DNA of 64,000 bases from Nannocystis sp. (lineage in GTDB: Bacteria; Myxococcota_A; Polyangia; Nannocystales; Nannocystaceae). The stretch lies in assembly GCF_016717175.1 (NCBI RefSeq), contig NZ_JADKFZ010000004.1. The stretch is one strand, 5' to 3'. Below, in pieces: positions 19,312 through 28,609 of this stretch (position 1 is the stretch's first letter; each line of letters starts with the position of its first letter). The translations under genes and the position numbers were made by a program. Below the pieces are notes generated by a model. The model did not search any database. It was not told the origin of the DNA and saw only the letters and a list, made by a program, of their open reading frames with translations.

Positions 19312-20589
19312 ATGCCGTTCGTGATCGGGGATCCGCCGAGCGCCCTGCGCGTGCTTCGCCTCGCGGACGCGCGGACGGCCGGCAGCGAGCTGCAGCAGCT
19401 CGGCGTGACCACGCCCGCGCCGACCCTCGCGCTGGTCGGCGGGGCGGCGAGCCTGGGCGAGGCCGCCCAGGCGGTGCTGCGGCCGCTGTTCGTCGACGGC
19501 CTGGTGCCCGCGGTCGCGGCCCTGGCGGGGATCGTGGTCGACGGCGGCACGGCGGTGGGGGTGATGCGCCTGATCGCGGAGGCGCGCGCAGCCGCCGGGG
19601 CCCAGTTCCCGCTGATCGGCGTCGCGGCGGCGGGCCGCGTCTCGCTCGGCGACGGCGACGCGGGCCACGACACGGTCGCGGCCGAGCCGCGGCACAGCCA
19701 CCTGATTCTCGTCCCGGGCGATCGCTGGGGCGACGAGTCGCCGTGGCTGTCGGAGATCGTCGGGCTGCTCGCCGGGCCCGCGCCGTCGCTGACGGTGTGC
19801 GCCGGCGGCGGCGACATCACCGTCGAGGACCTCGAGAACAGCGTGGCGGCCGGGCGCGCGGTGATCTTGATCGAGGGCAGCGGCGGCACGACCGACGCGG
19901 TCGCGGCGGCCCTGACCACGCGGAGCGCGGACCCGCGGCTGCGTCGCCTGGCCCAGGCCGGCAAGTTTCGCGTCGTGCGCAGCCGCGACGGCGCGGCCGC
20001 GCTGCGGGCTGCGATCGAGGCGGAGCTCCAGCCCGGGGCGCAGGCGTGGCCCGGGCCGAAGCCGCCGGCGCCGGTGCTCGGCGAGGCGGGGCTGCTCGCC
20101 GCGATCGCGGCGCTGCAGCTGGGGGCGACGCAGGTCAATTACCTGAGCGCGCGCTGGCTCGACCAGGTGCGCTGGCTCGACGCCAAGGCGGTCCTGTGCC
20201 AGCGCCGCTACTACCGGTCGCGGCGCAGCATCCTCGTGTGCAGCGCGCTGGTGCCGGTGCTGCTGGCGGCGGCGGAGGGCTACGCGGCGCTGCAGATCGC
20301 CGCCGGCGGGCTCAGCCTGGTGGTGACGATCGCGGCGGGCTGGGAGGCGTTCTTTCGTTACGGCGATCGCTGGCGGCACTACCGGGCGATCGCGGAGCGG
20401 CTGCGGCGGGAGGGTTGGCTGTACATCGAGCGCAGCGGGCCCTACGCGGACTACCCGAGCCACGCCCGGGCCCACGCGGCCTTCGTCCTGAACGCGGAGC
20501 AGATCCTCGCCGACGACGTCGAGCAGTTCGTGTCGCGGATCGCCGCGGAGCCGCAGCGCGGGCAGAGCACGTCCGCCACACCGCCGTGA
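19312..20589 (+). CDS. SLOG (LOG/TRPM-like Rossmann nucleotide-binding) domain fused to C-terminal SLATT (DUF4231-like 2TM) domain
   Basis: LOG-family motifs VDGGTAVGVM (GGxxGxM) and IEGSGGTTDA (PGGxGTxxE); C-terminal two TM helices (ILVCSALVPVLLAAAEGYAALQ / LSLVVTIAAGWEAFF) followed by conserved RWRHYRAIAERLRREGWLY; monocistronic, convergent with nSTAND gene, 15 bp between stops. Confidence 0.65.
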   Translation: MPFVIGDPPSALRVLRLADARTAGSELQQLGVTTPAPTLALVGGAASLGEAAQAVLRPLFVDGLVPAVAALAGIVVDGGTAVGVMRLIAEARAAAGAQFPLIGVAAAGRVSLGDGDAGHDTVAAEPRHSHLILVPGDRWGDESPWLSEIVGLLAGPAPSLTVCAGGGDITVEDLENSVAAGRAVILIEGSGGTTDAVAAALTTRSADPRLRRLAQAGKFRVVRSRDGAAALRAAIEAELQPGAQAWPGPKPPAPVLGEAGLLAAIAALQLGATQVNYLSARWLDQVRWLDAKAVLCQRRYYRSRRSILVCSALVPVLLAAAEGYAALQIAAGGLSLVVTIAAGWEAFFRYGDRWRHYRAIAERLRREGWLYIERSGPYADYPSHARAHAAFVLNAEQILADDVEQFVSRIAAEPQRGQSTSATPP

Positions 20590-20604
20590 GCATGGGCCGC
20601 GCGG

Positions 20605-23600
20605 TCACTTCGCGTTGCAGCGGTCGACCTGCAGGGCGGGGCAGACGTGGGTCGACTGGCGGAGCAGCTGCTCGGCCAGCACGGACTCGTAGGAGTAGTA
20701 ACAGCCGGCCTCGATCACGTGGCACAGGGTCTGCTCGTAGCCGTCGTGCTTGTTGGCCGAGCGGCGCAGGGCGTCGAAGAAGAGGGCCTCGCACTGGAAG
20801 AACTCGTAGGTCTGCGGGCTCTGCGAGTAGAGGGGCTTGGCGTAGTCCTGGCGGGTGAAGACGATCCGCTGGTCGTTGCGGAGGCTGCACAGCAGGTGCT
20901 CGCGCCACGGCGTGAGGTCGCCTTCCTTCTGGAGCTCAGCGTCGGCCAGCGATCGCGGCTTGTCGCAGTCGAGGTCGCCTTTATTCTGCTCGGGGGGGAG
21001 GAGCGCGGAGAGCAGCTTCTCGGCTTCGCCGCGGCGCCCGGCCTGGACCAGGCGCCACCACAGCATCATGGCGACGTAGTGGCGGTCCTCGGTCGCGGTG
21101 CCGGCGATGAAGTCGCGGGCGTGGCCCTCGAAGCCGTCGCCGAGCAGCAGGTGGGCGAAGGCCGGGTGGAGCTCCGCGCCGGGGCCCTGGCCGCGAACGA
21201 CACGCAGCGGTCCGTCGGCGATCCGGGCGGCCTCGATGAGGTCGACGCGGAGCGCGAGGAAGGCGCGCAAGGTGAGGTCGTAGCTGGTCCTGTCGCTGTC
21301 AGGGCCGAGCGCGGCGCCGGCCTCGTCGTAGCAGCCGAGCATGCGCTCGGCGTCGGCGGTGAGCACCCGGCGCTGGGAGGCGCTGATCCCCGCGAGGCCA
21401 GGCGCCTTCAGCTGGGTCCGAAGGGCGCGCAGGCAGCTGCGCCGGACATCGCGGGGCTGCTGGAGGGCCCAGCTGAGCGCGAGCCGGGAGGCGCTGGGGG
21501 CCTTGTCCTTGAGCTGGGCGAGGGGGAGCGCGCAGGTCCGGGTGAAGGTCTCGAAGGCGCCGGGCTTGAGCAGGTTCTTGAGCAGGGTCTCGAGCAGCTC
21601 GGGTGGACCGCCGATCCGCTGGCGGGCGACCTCATCGGCGAGGGCCATGAGCGCCGCGTCGGGGAGGCGGTCCCTCGCCAGGTCGAGCATCAGCTGGGTG
21701 CAGCTGCGACTGTCGAACTCATTGCAGATGTCCAGGGCGCGGTCGTAGGCGGTGTCCCACGCGCCGATGCTCAGGTCGTCGGGCGCGGCGGCTGCGGCGG
21801 AGCGTCCGGCGCCCGCGCTCGCGGGCCCGCGCTCGCCGTTCAGGAGGCCCCGGATCTGGGCGCGGTAGCCGGGGAACTGGTTGCTCTCGAGGGCGGCGCG
21901 CAGGAGGTTGGTGCCGAGCATCAGGCCGGTGCGGGCGTCGCGGCCCGGGTCGGCGAGCGTGCCGAGGATCGTCGCGGGTTCGCGGCCGAGGTCCAGCAGA
22001 TCCTTGCAGACGCGGTCGAAGCCGTCTGGCGGGATGTGGTCCGCCAGGCGATCGAGCATCGTGCGCGAGAAGTGGCGCGAGAGATCGTCGAGCCGCTCGG
22101 GGTGCTCACCGCGGAAGCGACGCGGGTCGCCGAAGCACACGTGATCGAGGCGGGCCCGCAGCAGCTGGTCGACGGTGTCCGGGGCCGCGTAGTTGGCGAT
22201 GAAGTCCGGGCGTAGGTCGCCGCGCTTCGCCGCGGCCAGGAAGATCGCCGTGGCCTCGTCAGGATCGTCGTGGACGAGGGCATCGATGCCCTGGTCCGTC
22301 CAGCTCACGGTCGGGCGCGGCCCGGCCGGGTCAGCGCGCAGGAGATCGAGGAGCCCGGTCGCGGTGCAGGCCTGTGGGTCATTGGCCGCGGCGCAGTACA
22401 CGTGCCAGAAGGGCAGGCTGTGGAGCAGCCAGGGCAGCTGGTCGCGCGCCCGCTCCGGCTGCTCGCTGCGCCACCACAGCGCGCGCACGAGCGCGGGGAG
22501 GTCACGGGCCACGACCGGTTGGGCGAGCCACCGCTCGAGGCCCGGAGGATGATGGATGGCCGCGAGGAGCTCGCTCGCCGAGAGGTCGCCGAAGGGTCGC
22601 GGCGTCGGGATGCCGGCGAAGAGCATGTCGACGATCTCGTCGTGGCCGGGCGGCGGCGGGTCGTCGCAGTGATCATTCGCCGGCAGGTCGGGGTCGGGCC
22701 GGGTGGGGGTCGGCGCGTCCTCGGCGAGCCGGGCCGCGAGCTCGCTGGCCAGGAAGTCGCGCTGGCGGCCGCGGTCCACGGGTGGCACCTCGAGCGCGAG
22801 CAGCCAGTCGACCGCGGCGGGCCAGCGCTCGCCACGGAGGCCGTCGCGGGCCGCGAGGATGAAGGCCTCGCGCAGGCGACCCGCGAGCAGCTCGCGGACG
22901 TGGGGGCGACAAGCGGCGTCGTCGCGGCAGCTCGGTGACCAGCGCAGCGCGGCCTCGCTGGCCTGGCACTGCGCGCGTCGGTCGACCCGCGCGAGCATCG
23001 CCTCGACGAAGTCCGGCGTGACGTAGAGCGAGGGGTCGGCGGCGACGCGGGCGAACGCGGTGGTTGCGATCTCGGCGGCGCTCGCGGGATAGGTGGCGAG
23101 CTCGGGGTGCTGGCGTGCGAGCAGACGCCACAGCGGGGCGCTCCACGCCGCGGCGCGCCCCGGGTGACTCGCCGTGGGATCGTCGCCGGTGAGAAAGCCG
23201 GTGAGAGAACCGGTGAGAAAGCCGGACTCGCGGAGGAGCTTCCAGGGCAGCGAGGGCCGCTCGCGGTCTGGATCCGCGGTCGCTGGGGCCTCCGCCGCGG
23301 GGCGCCGCTCGCGGTCTGGATCCGCGGTCGCTGGGGCCTCCGCCGCGGGGTCGTGGAACACGGCGAGGCCCGGGCGCGGCGGGCCGGAGGGGAGGGTCAG
23401 GCGGACCGACAGCGCGCCGCCGTCGATCTCGAGCTTGAGCTCGTGGTCCGCGAGGCTCGCGTCGCGCCGGGCCAGGACGGCGAGCGGCACGGGGAGGTGG
23501 TGCTCGCGCCAGTGCTGGCCCGCCAGGTTGCGCCACAGCGCGACGATCGCCGGGGAGTCGGAGTCGTCGCCGCGGTGCACGATCGTCAGGGCGGCAGGCT

Positions 23601-25125
23601 TCGCGGGCGCCTGCGTCGGGTCGCAGGGGTCGCGGGGTCCGAGGACGGCGCGCCACACGAGGCCGCGGCGGAGGCCGGCGAGCAGGCCGGCGGTGGTCTG
23701 GCCGCGCAGGCGCCGGATGCTGGCGAAGCGACCGCGGCCCTCGAGCTCGAGGGCCCAGGTCCACAGGCTGCGGGTCGCGCTGTTCAGCTCATCGCAGCCG
23801 CTCGCCGAACGCACCAGCTCGAGCTGGGTCGCCTCCTCGGCGGCATCCCGGGAGATGAGCACGCTGAGCATGGCGATCGGCACGGCGATCACCGACAGGA
23901 CGATCGCGGCGATGACGGCACGGACCCGGGTGCGTTGCTTGCGGCGGGCGGCTGCGGCGACGCGGCCGAGCTCCTCCTCGACGAAGGGGCGCAGCACGCG
24001 GGTGAAGGCGTCGTGGAACAGCTCGACGACCTCGCCGCGGTCGCGGCGGTGGACGATGCGCTCGCGGTCGAGGTGGTCGAGCACTGCGTCGATGCGTGGG
24101 CGCGGGAGCCCCAGCTGGGACGCGAGGACGTCGACCGGGTAGGCCATGCGGACGCCGATCCGCGGCGCGAGCAGGCCGAGCACGCGGGCGGTGTCCTGGC
24201 GGAGCTGGCCGGTGAGCTCGCGGGTCGCGTCCGTCACGAAGGTGGCGACGATGCCGTCGCAGCCGCCGAGCTGGCGGTACAGCGCGAGGGTCAAGCGCGG
24301 CGCGGCGTCGCCGGCGACGGCGGCCCACAGGCGCCGGAGGACGATCTGCAGGAAGGGCAGGGAGATGCCCGCGGGCTGGCTCGTGTCGGTCTTCAGCCCG
24401 CTGGCGACCACGTCGCCGCGCAGGTCGAGCAGCAGCGCCTCGACCAGCCCTGGCTCGACCTCGCCGTGGAATTCGGGCAGGCGCGCGGGCTCGCGGATCG
24501 CCTCCTCGGCCTGCTTGCCGGCCAGCGGCCCCAGGCGGTAGACGGCCTGCGGGATCGTCAGGAAGTGCGGGCGCAGGGCCTCGAGGCTGGCGAGGTACTC
24601 CTCGCGCAGCGACAGCACCACGCGCACCGCTGTGTCGTTGCGCAGCAGCGACCCGAGCGCCGCGCCGAGAGCGTCGAGCTCGGCGGCGTGGCGGATGAAC
24701 ACCTGCTCGAACTGGTCGAGCACGAGGACCAGGCCCTGGGCGTGCGAGGCGGCGGCGAGGCGGGCGGCGGCGGGCAGGTCGCTCGCGCCGGCGCCGAGGC
24801 TCGCGACCAGCGCGGCCTGGATGCTCGCCAGCGGCGATCCGGCCCAGCTGTCGACGTAGACCGGGAGGGCCCCGAGCTCGCGCAGCGCCGGGACGATGAG
24901 GGTCCGCAGCAGCGAGCTCTTGCCGGCGCCGGAGGGCGCGACCATCACCGCCAGCGAGGTGGCGAGGATCGTGTTGCGGACCAGCTTGCCCTCGGGCTGG
25001 CGGCCGAAGAACAGGGCCCGCTCCGACTCGTCGTAGGGGCGCAGCCCGACGTAGGGGCCGGCCGGGCGCGGGCCGAGCGGGCGCGGGCCGAGCGGGCGCG
25101 GGCCGAGCGGGCGCGGGTCGGTCAC
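20605..25125 (-). CDS. nSTAND-type STAND NTPase with ~1000-aa alpha-helical C-terminal region
   Basis: GTG 25125-25123 overlaps upstream stop (GTGA); N-terminal PRPLG x3 then GPYVGLRPYDESERALFFGRQ, Walker A APSGAGKSSL, Walker B LVLVLDQFEQ; the first 515 aa of ORF-track entry 20605-26673 are an out-of-frame shadow of the TIR gene. Confidence 0.8.
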   Translation of the reverse strand: MTDPRPLGPRPLGPRPLGPRPAGPYVGLRPYDESERALFFGRQPEGKLVRNTILATSLAVMVAPSGAGKSSLLRTLIVPALRELGALPVYVDSWAGSPLASIQAALVASLGAGASDLPAAARLAAASHAQGLVLVLDQFEQVFIRHAAELDALGAALGSLLRNDTAVRVVLSLREEYLASLEALRPHFLTIPQAVYRLGPLAGKQAEEAIREPARLPEFHGEVEPGLVEALLLDLRGDVVASGLKTDTSQPAGISLPFLQIVLRRLWAAVAGDAAPRLTLALYRQLGGCDGIVATFVTDATRELTGQLRQDTARVLGLLAPRIGVRMAYPVDVLASQLGLPRPRIDAVLDHLDRERIVHRRDRGEVVELFHDAFTRVLRPFVEEELGRVAAAARRKQRTRVRAVIAAIVLSVIAVPIAMLSVLISRDAAEEATQLELVRSASGCDELNSATRSLWTWALELEGRGRFASIRRLRGQTTAGLLAGLRRGLVWRAVLGPRDPCDPTQAPAKPAALTIVHRGDDSDSPAIVALWRNLAGQHWREHHLPVPLAVLARRDASLADHELKLEIDGGALSVRLTLPSGPPRPGLAVFHDPAAEAPATADPDRERRPAAEAPATADPDRERPSLPWKLLRESGFLTGSLTGFLTGDDPTASHPGRAAAWSAPLWRLLARQHPELATYPASAAEIATTAFARVAADPSLYVTPDFVEAMLARVDRRAQCQASEAALRWSPSCRDDAACRPHVRELLAGRLREAFILAARDGLRGERWPAAVDWLLALEVPPVDRGRQRDFLASELAARLAEDAPTPTRPDPDLPANDHCDDPPPPGHDEIVDMLFAGIPTPRPFGDLSASELLAAIHHPPGLERWLAQPVVARDLPALVRALWWRSEQPERARDQLPWLLHSLPFWHVYCAAANDPQACTATGLLDLLRADPAGPRPTVSWTDQGIDALVHDDPDEATAIFLAAAKRGDLRPDFIANYAAPDTVDQLLRARLDHVCFGDPRRFRGEHPERLDDLSRHFSRTMLDRLADHIPPDGFDRVCKDLLDLGREPATILGTLADPGRDARTGLMLGTNLLRAALESNQFPGYRAQIRGLLNGERGPASAGAGRSAAAAAPDDLSIGAWDTAYDRALDICNEFDSRSCTQLMLDLARDRLPDAALMALADEVARQRIGGPPELLETLLKNLLKPGAFETFTRTCALPLAQLKDKAPSASRLALSWALQQPRDVRRSCLRALRTQLKAPGLAGISASQRRVLTADAERMLGCYDEAGAALGPDSDRTSYDLTLRAFLALRVDLIEAARIADGPLRVVRGQGPGAELHPAFAHLLLGDGFEGHARDFIAGTATEDRHYVAMMLWWRLVQAGRRGEAEKLLSALLPPEQNKGDLDCDKPRSLADAELQKEGDLTPWREHLLCSLRNDQRIVFTRQDYAKPLYSQSPQTYEFFQCEALFFDALRRSANKHDGYEQTLCHVIEAGCYYSYESVLAEQLLRQSTHVCPALQVDRCNAK
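25060..25112. repeat. 15-bp tandem repeat x3.5 (cgagcgggcgcgggc) encoding PRPLG repeats at the N-terminus of the nSTAND gene
   Basis: Direct inspection. Confidence 0.7.
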
Positions 25126-27203
25126 GCGGGTCTCCGGGCCCGCAGGGCGCGGACGAGGGTCGGGAGTTCGATCGAGCTCATGTCGACGTGGAACTGCTCC
25201 CACAGCCGCTGCTCGAGCGTCGAGGCGGGCTCGCGCACGGCGAGCGCACCGCTGCGGCGATCGTCGTCGCGGGCCGCTTCGCGCTGGAGTCGCGGCTCGC
25301 GGCGGAAGAACGCGTGCCCGATCAGGCGATAGTGCCAGATGTCGAGGTTGAAGCCGAGGAACAGCAGGCGCCGGGTGTAAAGCTGCAGGGCGAAGGCGCT
25401 GGGGATCGTCGTGTGCTGGTGCTCGAGCTGGGCGAGGAAGGTGATGTGGTCGCTCTCGGTGATCACGACGGTGTCGAGCTCGCGGTCGCGGACGGCGGGG
25501 TGCTCGGCGAGGAAGGGCGAGCCGAGCAGCTTGTAGATGACGCAGTCGTCGTCGTCGATCTCCGCCTCGAGCTCGGAGGTCAGGCGGACGGCGGCCGCGG
25601 TCGCGGGGTCCCGGCCGCGGGGGTGATGCGCGCTGCGCAGGAGCAGCGCCTTGCCGACGTCGTCGCCGGCCGAGCGGAGGATGTGGCTCACGAGCACGTA
25701 CGGGCGCCCGGCCTCGTCGAGGGCGCGCTCGAGCTCGAGGTCGTGGGTCGTGGAGATCACGAACCATGGCGGCTTCATGTCGAGGATCATGTCGAACGCC
25801 GCCGGCGGCGCGAGCTGGGCCGGTCCGCCGAGGATCTCGCGCAGATCGGCGAGGAAGGGCTGGCGGCGGCGCTCGAACTGCAGCGCCTCCGCGGCGGCGG
25901 CCATCGTCGGGTTGTGGCCGGCGCCGAGGCCGGCGCGCTCGCTGAGCTGCTTGACGATGGCGTAGTAGTTGCGCTGCGAACCGTCCCAGATGCCGTCGCC
26001 GAGGAAGGGGATGAGCTCGCCGCGCCAGAACACCGGGGCGATGCGGTCGACGAACTGTTGCTGCAGCGGGTGGAGCTTGATGTCGGCGAGCACGCTGCCG
26101 CTGCGGCGGCGCAGCTGCATCTCGCTCGGCTTGGTGTTGAAGACCAGCGGCAGGACGCCCTCGCCGAGGGCGACCTGGATCGCCTGCAGGACCTCCTCGA
26201 CGGTGCTGATGCCGTCGTGGTTGCTGTCGGCGGCGTCGTTGCTGAGCGCGTGCAGCAGCAGCCCGGTCAGGGGGCTGTGCGCGTCCTGCCAGGCCTCGGG
26301 GCGCGCCGCCGGGCCCGCGCTGGTGGCCAGCAGGACCTTGCCCGGGCCGGGCCCGAGCTGGGTGCGCAGCTGGGCCTCGACCTCGGCCTTCGCGGTGTCG
26401 CCGTAGCAGGCGTCGAGGACGATGAAGAGGTGGCCGACCTGGGTCTGGTCGAGGAACATCTGCTTGATCAGCGCGAGCGAGACGCCGGCCGGGAGCTCGC
26501 TGTTGCGGGCGGGGAGGAAGGGGCCGAAGCCGGTGAAGCTGACGTGGCCGGCGAAGTACAGCAGGACGAAGTCGTCGTGGCTGGCCGGCGCGAGCAGGTC
26601 GGCGATCGCCCGCATCAGCTGGCGGCCGTCGGGGTCGACGAGGCTGACGACCTCGAACTCGCACTCGGGCCACGTGAGCGCCTCGGCGAGGCGCAGGACG
26701 TTGCGCTCCGCGGCCGGCAGCGCCGGCGCGTCCGCGCCGCGGGACAGCGCGACCAGCAGGGCACGCCGGCCGCTGCGCTTCGGCGCGGACGCGGTGGTCG
26801 CGGGCGGGGCGGCGAGCCAGGCCCGGATGTCCGCGACGAGCTTGCGAAAGGCCGGGGCGCCGCGGTCACCGATCCAGTCGATGAGGTCGATGGTCTGGAT
26901 CTGGTCGTAGGGCTTGGGCGGCGCGACGGGGTCGAGGCGGACCGGGACCAGGACGCCGCGTCGTCGGCCCTCGTCGGCCTCGGAGCGGATCCAGGTCCGC
27001 TGCTCGTCGATCGCGTGCCGCGACCACAGGACGACCACGCAGGCGGCCCGCTCGACCCGCGCCTGCAGCTCGCCGGCGTAGGCCGTGCCGGCGCGGAGGT
27101 CGGCGTCCCACCACACGTCGAGGCCCTCGTCGCGCAGGGCGGTGACGAGGGCTAGGGCGCGCTCGCGATCCTCGCTCGCGTGGCTGACAAAGACCTGGGA
27201 CAT
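25122..27203 (-). CDS. Triple-domain effector: TIR + caspase-like (C14/CHAT) + SIR2-like (SIR2_2 family)
   Basis: TIR: VFVSHASEDRERALALVTALRDEGLDVWWD..CVVVLWS; caspase dyad LLYFAGHVSF / LFIVLDACYGDT; SIR2_2 blocks LIPFLGDGIW, WFVISTTHDLELERAL, VIYKLLGSPF, VVITESDHITFL, LLFLGFNLDIWHYRL. Confidence 0.8.
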   Translation of the reverse strand: MSQVFVSHASEDRERALALVTALRDEGLDVWWDADLRAGTAYAGELQARVERAACVVVLWSRHAIDEQRTWIRSEADEGRRRGVLVPVRLDPVAPPKPYDQIQTIDLIDWIGDRGAPAFRKLVADIRAWLAAPPATTASAPKRSGRRALLVALSRGADAPALPAAERNVLRLAEALTWPECEFEVVSLVDPDGRQLMRAIADLLAPASHDDFVLLYFAGHVSFTGFGPFLPARNSELPAGVSLALIKQMFLDQTQVGHLFIVLDACYGDTAKAEVEAQLRTQLGPGPGKVLLATSAGPAARPEAWQDAHSPLTGLLLHALSNDAADSNHDGISTVEEVLQAIQVALGEGVLPLVFNTKPSEMQLRRRSGSVLADIKLHPLQQQFVDRIAPVFWRGELIPFLGDGIWDGSQRNYYAIVKQLSERAGLGAGHNPTMAAAAEALQFERRRQPFLADLREILGGPAQLAPPAAFDMILDMKPPWFVISTTHDLELERALDEAGRPYVLVSHILRSAGDDVGKALLLRSAHHPRGRDPATAAAVRLTSELEAEIDDDDCVIYKLLGSPFLAEHPAVRDRELDTVVITESDHITFLAQLEHQHTTIPSAFALQLYTRRLLFLGFNLDIWHYRLIGHAFFRREPRLQREAARDDDRRSGALAVREPASTLEQRLWEQFHVDMSSIELPTLVRALRARRPA

Positions 27204-27347
27204 GATCGCAGCGGAGCGCGCAGCGGCTTGTGTACCACCATCGGCCGCTGTGTTGCAGGTGATCGAGGCGGGCTTTCTCGTCGACGTCGTCGATATCGGG
27301 GCCGCGCGAGCGGCCGCGTCCGCGCTGCCCGGCGGCGCCCGGCGGTC

Positions 27348-27785
27348 CTACGGCGAGCTTCGCCGGCGCCGCAGGAGGGGCGTGAGGAGGAGCAGCAGGA
27401 AGGGGGCGGCGGGCGTCCCGGGAGCCACGCGGCAGCCGCTCGTGGTCTTTGCCGGTTGAGACGCCGCGGGGTCTGGCGCTTGTGTCGCTGGCGTCTGCGA
27501 TGCCGGGGTTTGTGATGCCGGCGCTGGTGCTGCCGGCGGGGCCCCGGCCTGACAGCGCAGGCAGTCGTGGCTGACCACCTCGGGCGGCGTGCCCTTCGAG
27601 TAGTCGAGGCGGGAGCAGCGGTCCGCGACGCAGGTCCCGGGGCCGCCGCGGAAGTCGCAGGCGTCGCCGGCCTTGCTGGCGCCGCAGACGAGGTCCTCCG
27701 GGGGCGGCGCCTCGTCGGCGCGGGCCGATGCGGGCAGGACGAGGGCGGCGAGTACGAGGATTGGGAGCGGGAGGCGGGTCGGCAT
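27348..27785 (-). CDS. Small secreted Cys-rich protein with MYXO-CTERM sorting signal
   Basis: Signal peptide MPTRLPLPILVLAALVLPASARA; C-terminal ..SGCRVAPGTPAAPFLLLLLTPLLRRRR (GC + hydrophobic + basic = MYXO-CTERM-like). Confidence 0.6.
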   Translation of the reverse strand: MPTRLPLPILVLAALVLPASARADEAPPPEDLVCGASKAGDACDFRGGPGTCVADRCSRLDYSKGTPPEVVSHDCLRCQAGAPPAAPAPASQTPASQTPATQAPDPAASQPAKTTSGCRVAPGTPAAPFLLLLLTPLLRRRRSSP

Positions 27786-27890
27786 GTCTGTGGATATCTC
27801 CGGGGCTGGGTCGATTAGCGAGGTGGTGCTCATGCGGAGTCGGCGTGGAGCAGGGCCCGGAGGCAGGGGATGACGCCGCGAAGTTGGGGC

Positions 27891-28385
27891 TCACTCGCGC
27901 GGCTCGTCGTCGGTCGGAGCGGACCAGTATCCACGCATCAGCTCGGTCATCCACGCGGGCTGGCGCAGCGGGCCGCGGGGCGCGAATTCCTGCACCCACG
28001 GCTTGAGGTCGAGGACCGGTGTGCCGTCGACGGCGTCGAGGCCGGCGAGCTCGAGCGTGAGGCCGGTGACGCGCTCGATGCGACAGACGCTGAGGCCGAG
28101 TTGGTTCGGGCGATTCTTGCCGCGCTGGGCGAAGATGCCGACCGCGGGCCAGTCGCTGTTGTTGCGCGGGTGCCGGGCGCCGGTCTCGATGCGGGTCGGG
28201 TCGACCTGGTCCATGTGGAAGATGACCTCGACGTGCGAGAAGCTGTCGAGGCCGGCGAGGGCGTCGGGGCTGAAGCGGGCCGGGTCGAGCTCGATGCGGG
28301 CCACCACGGCGTCCCAGTCGTCATCGAGGAGGGGGCGCCGGGTCGAGCGGACGAAGCCGATCGGCTGCAGGATGATCGCGGTCAC
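27891..28385 (-). CDS. tsaA: tRNA m6t6A37 methyltransferase TsaA/YaeB family (UPF0066)
   Basis: VTAIILQPIGFVRS parallels E. coli MSSFQFEQIGVIRS N-terminus; GLDAVDGTPVLDLKPW; probable GTG start 28385; the ORF-track start at 28577 would add an AAPPFS x5 repeat N-extension. Confidence 0.65.
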   Translation of the reverse strand: MTAIILQPIGFVRSTRRPLLDDDWDAVVARIELDPARFSPDALAGLDSFSHVEVIFHMDQVDPTRIETGARHPRNNSDWPAVGIFAQRGKNRPNQLGLSVCRIERVTGLTLELAGLDAVDGTPVLDLKPWVQEFAPRGPLRQPAWMTELMRGYWSAPTDDEPRE

Positions 28386-28400
28386 GCGGCGCCTCCCCGG

Positions 28401-28490
28401 TGGCGCGGCCGAGAAGGGTGGCGCGGCCGAGAAGGGTGGCGCGGCCGAGAAAGGTGGCGCGGCCGAGAAGGGTGGCGCGGCCGTGGAGAA
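28401..28490. repeat. 18-bp tandem repeat x5 (tggcgcggccgagaaggg)
   Basis: Direct inspection; lies in the 5' leader (or N-extension) of the tsaA-like gene. Confidence 0.8.
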
Positions 28491-28609
28491 TCTGCGGAGA
28501 TCCGGGCCGACATCACGGCGAGGGTGACGCGCGGGCGCGGGGTCTGTCAAGCGGGCCACGCCGCCGCGGGCTGTCACCCGTGTTCGCGCCGTCGTGGGCC
28601 CGATTTATC

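Noticed and set aside
25126-26673. N-terminal 515 aa of the 2022-aa ORF 20605-26673(-)
   Set aside because: It is an out-of-frame read-through of the TIR-caspase-SIR2 gene and is entirely Arg/Pro-rich. The real NTPase begins at GTG 25125 where the conserved nSTAND N-motif starts and where it overlaps the upstream stop.
28386-28577. N-terminal extension of the tsaA-like ORF encoding AAPPFS x5
   Set aside because: The conserved TsaA N-terminus (xIGxVRS) begins at GTG 28385. The extension is pure repeat, so it is more likely 5' leader DNA than coding.
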